Shown: piece after piece, positions 62,411 through 64,000 of the stretch
Numbering within the stretch: the first letter of the stretch is position 1
How the letters are laid out: each line of letters opens with the position of its first letter
From: an uncultured Chitinophagaceae bacterium
GTDB lineage: Bacteria > Bacteroidota > Bacteroidia > Chitinophagales > Chitinophagaceae
Assembly: GCA_963696835.1 (NCBI GenBank)
Contig: CAVOLS010000001.1
Coordinates: forward strand, 102,662-166,661
Reading direction: 5' to 3'
DNA length: 64,000 bases
Made by a program: the position numbers and the translations under genes
Notes under the pieces: generated by a model
Database searches by the model: none
What the model was told of the DNA's origin: nothing
Seen by the model: only the letters and a program-made list of their open reading frames with translations

Positions 62411-64000
62411 TTAAAAATGAATCAGGATTCCACCAATTACCTGGAGTCCATACACGGGATAATTATTCCAGTATTCATATTTGCTGTTGACGATATTATT
62501 AAAATCGAGCCATGCGCTGAACTGCTTGTTGATTTTAAATTCAGCTCCGGCGCTTAAATCGGTGCCGCCCTTCAGGTTCTTTTCTATCCCGTTTTTCAAC
62601 AAGGCTTTTGCACCTGAAAACGCAAAAATATCCCCTTTAAAAAGCACCTGCTTAAACGCGTTCCAACGAAAGGAACCTGTTAATTTTAAAGGATATAATC
62701 CCCACGCTTTCGCGTTATCATGCATTCCCGTGTAGGTGTTCAGATCGAGCGCCGCAGTGAGCGTAAATTTATCCTGGCTGATAAAATTCATATCGCCATG
62801 CAACTGAAGATTTTTCAGGCTGCTTTCATTGGAAACATAAAAGCTGTTTCCCAAAAGTGAGTCGTTGACAAACAACGGCATGTCTTTATAAGATATAAAC
62901 GCGGCTTTCGCATTGAAGTTGAAATGCTGTCCCACAGTGGCTTTGATGCCTCCGTAAAACTGGACCTCCTTTGTGTTATTGAGAAATAATGGATCCTGCA
63001 TGTATGGATTTTCACCGCTTAAGGTTCTGAAACTGTTGGCAATATACCTGCCCACCCAGCCTGCCTGAACGACCAGGACGCGTTCTTTCAATTGAGCTTC
63101 TCCGTAGATGTTGGGCAACAGGGCTAAAGTGCTGTTATTCCATGAAGGTGTCGCTCCGCCGTGGAAAGTAAACCGTTCGCTGTAATAAACCAATTCAGGA
63201 GCGAGTTGAAATAGATTATTGTTGACTTTTAACGGAGAATTCTTAACCTGGTATTGATCAAAATTGCCGAGTGCGGCCACTTTAAATGAAACCTTCTCAC
63301 CAAACTTTTTTTCAGCTGGCAAATTGAACAGTAAAGTCGTTTCGCTCGCTTTTCCTTCCCTTGAAAAAGCATGCATTTCCAGGTGCGGATCATAATTGAT
63401 ATTCAAATCATTTACAGCAATATTCCTGAAACCAATATTAGCAGAAAAATCTTGGTAGCTGCGCCTGATGTCCGGCTTGTCAAAAGAATGAATGGTGTGA
63501 TCATAACCATACAGATAGTATTCATGCTGGGCGAAACCGGCGCCTGCATACGTTTCATTTTTAGCGGAAAAAATACTACCCATTCCTTTCACATTTATCT
63601 CACTGAAATCCTGGTTTTTAATTTTCCCCCTTGAGGAAATATAATCTCCATACACATTCAGCAGGTTGCTTTTTCCGTCTCCAAAACTAAAAGCTCCGGA
63701 AAGATAAGGCGTGGTAAAATTGCCAAAACCGGCTTTTAACTGGTTCCTGTCGCCAAGCTGCAAAGCAGTGTCTGACTGCAAAGCGAGCGGTTTTAAAGAA
63801 ACCGGCTGATAAGCAAAAAATAAATTTTGAGGAGGAATATTATACGCCATCCTGGGACGGCTTGTGTCGGCAGAAATTGGCGAAGCGTACAAATTTATTT
63901 TAACCGGATGAAGTAAAACCGGCTTATAGGAGGAAGTGATTTCAATGGTTTGCTTTCTTGTTGTGTCCCGCTGCGCATGAGCAGACACGAAGAAAAAGCA
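62411..64000 (-). CDS. Outer-membrane beta-barrel (TonB-dependent-receptor-like), 5' end outside the window
   Basis: Y.P plug-like start, amphipathic beta strands, NN...Y..W..YP..G...GG...F C-terminus. Confidence 0.75.
   Translation of the reverse strand, partial: CFFFVSAHAQRDTTRKQTIEITSSYKPVLLHPVKINLYASPISADTSRPRMAYNIPPQNLFFAYQPVSLKPLALQSDTALQLGDRNQLKAGFGNFTTPYLSGAFSFGDGKSNLLNVYGDYISSRGKIKNQDFSEINVKGMGSIFSAKNETYAGAGFAQHEYYLYGYDHTIHSFDKPDIRRSYQDFSANIGFRNIAVNDLNINYDPHLEMHAFSREGKASETTLLFNLPAEKKFGEKVSFKVAALGNFDQYQVKNSPLKVNNNLFQLAPELVYYSERFTFHGGATPSWNNSTLALLPNIYGEAQLKERVLVVQAGWVGRYIANSFRTLSGENPYMQDPLFLNNTKEVQFYGGIKATVGQHFNFNAKAAFISYKDMPLFVNDSLLGNSFYVSNESSLKNLQLHGDMNFISQDKFTLTAALDLNTYTGMHDNAKAWGLYPLKLTGSFRWNAFKQVLFKGDIFAFSGAKALLKNGIEKNLKGGTDLSAGAEFKINKQFSAWLDFNNIVNSKYEYWNNYPVYGLQVIGGILIHF

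Overview
AT-rich chromosomal window from a member of Bacteroidota, probably Chitinophagaceae. This is inferred from TAnnTTTG promoters, T9SS C-terminal sorting domains, a eukaryote-type ProRS and overall gene content. Most of it is housekeeping DNA: purC, proS, miaA, pdhA, ribH, miaE, trhO, ndk, cca, recF, folP, folB, trxB, ssb, glnS, tRNA-Gln(CTG) and tRNA-Lys(CTT). The most striking unexplained signal is a ~30-bp non-palindromic motif, CAGCAAACG(G/C)AC-T5-7-N3-5-T4-7. About 30 copies were counted by eye, almost all intergenic and clustered, on both strands. The motif marks the junctions of several unrelated local tandem duplications and sits beside several different REP/MITE-like hairpins. 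Other notable items: (1) a 1.3-kb collection of defence-gene fragments (hsdM, parE, antitoxin, hipA) behind tRNA-Lys; (2) an XRE-S24 (LexA-like) repressor with two CTAA-N5-TTAG operators flanking its promoter; (3) a GT2/deacetylase/GT-C trio resembling Arn-type lipid modification; (4) a GHL10-amidase fusion; (5) an intact but catalytically collapsed GH13 lipoprotein; (6) a pair of interleaved inverted repeats. The frameshift clusters at 26-30 kb, 42.4 kb and 54.7-56.2 kb look like long-read indel errors. No CRISPR array, integrase or transposase was seen. All calls were made by eye, without database searches.
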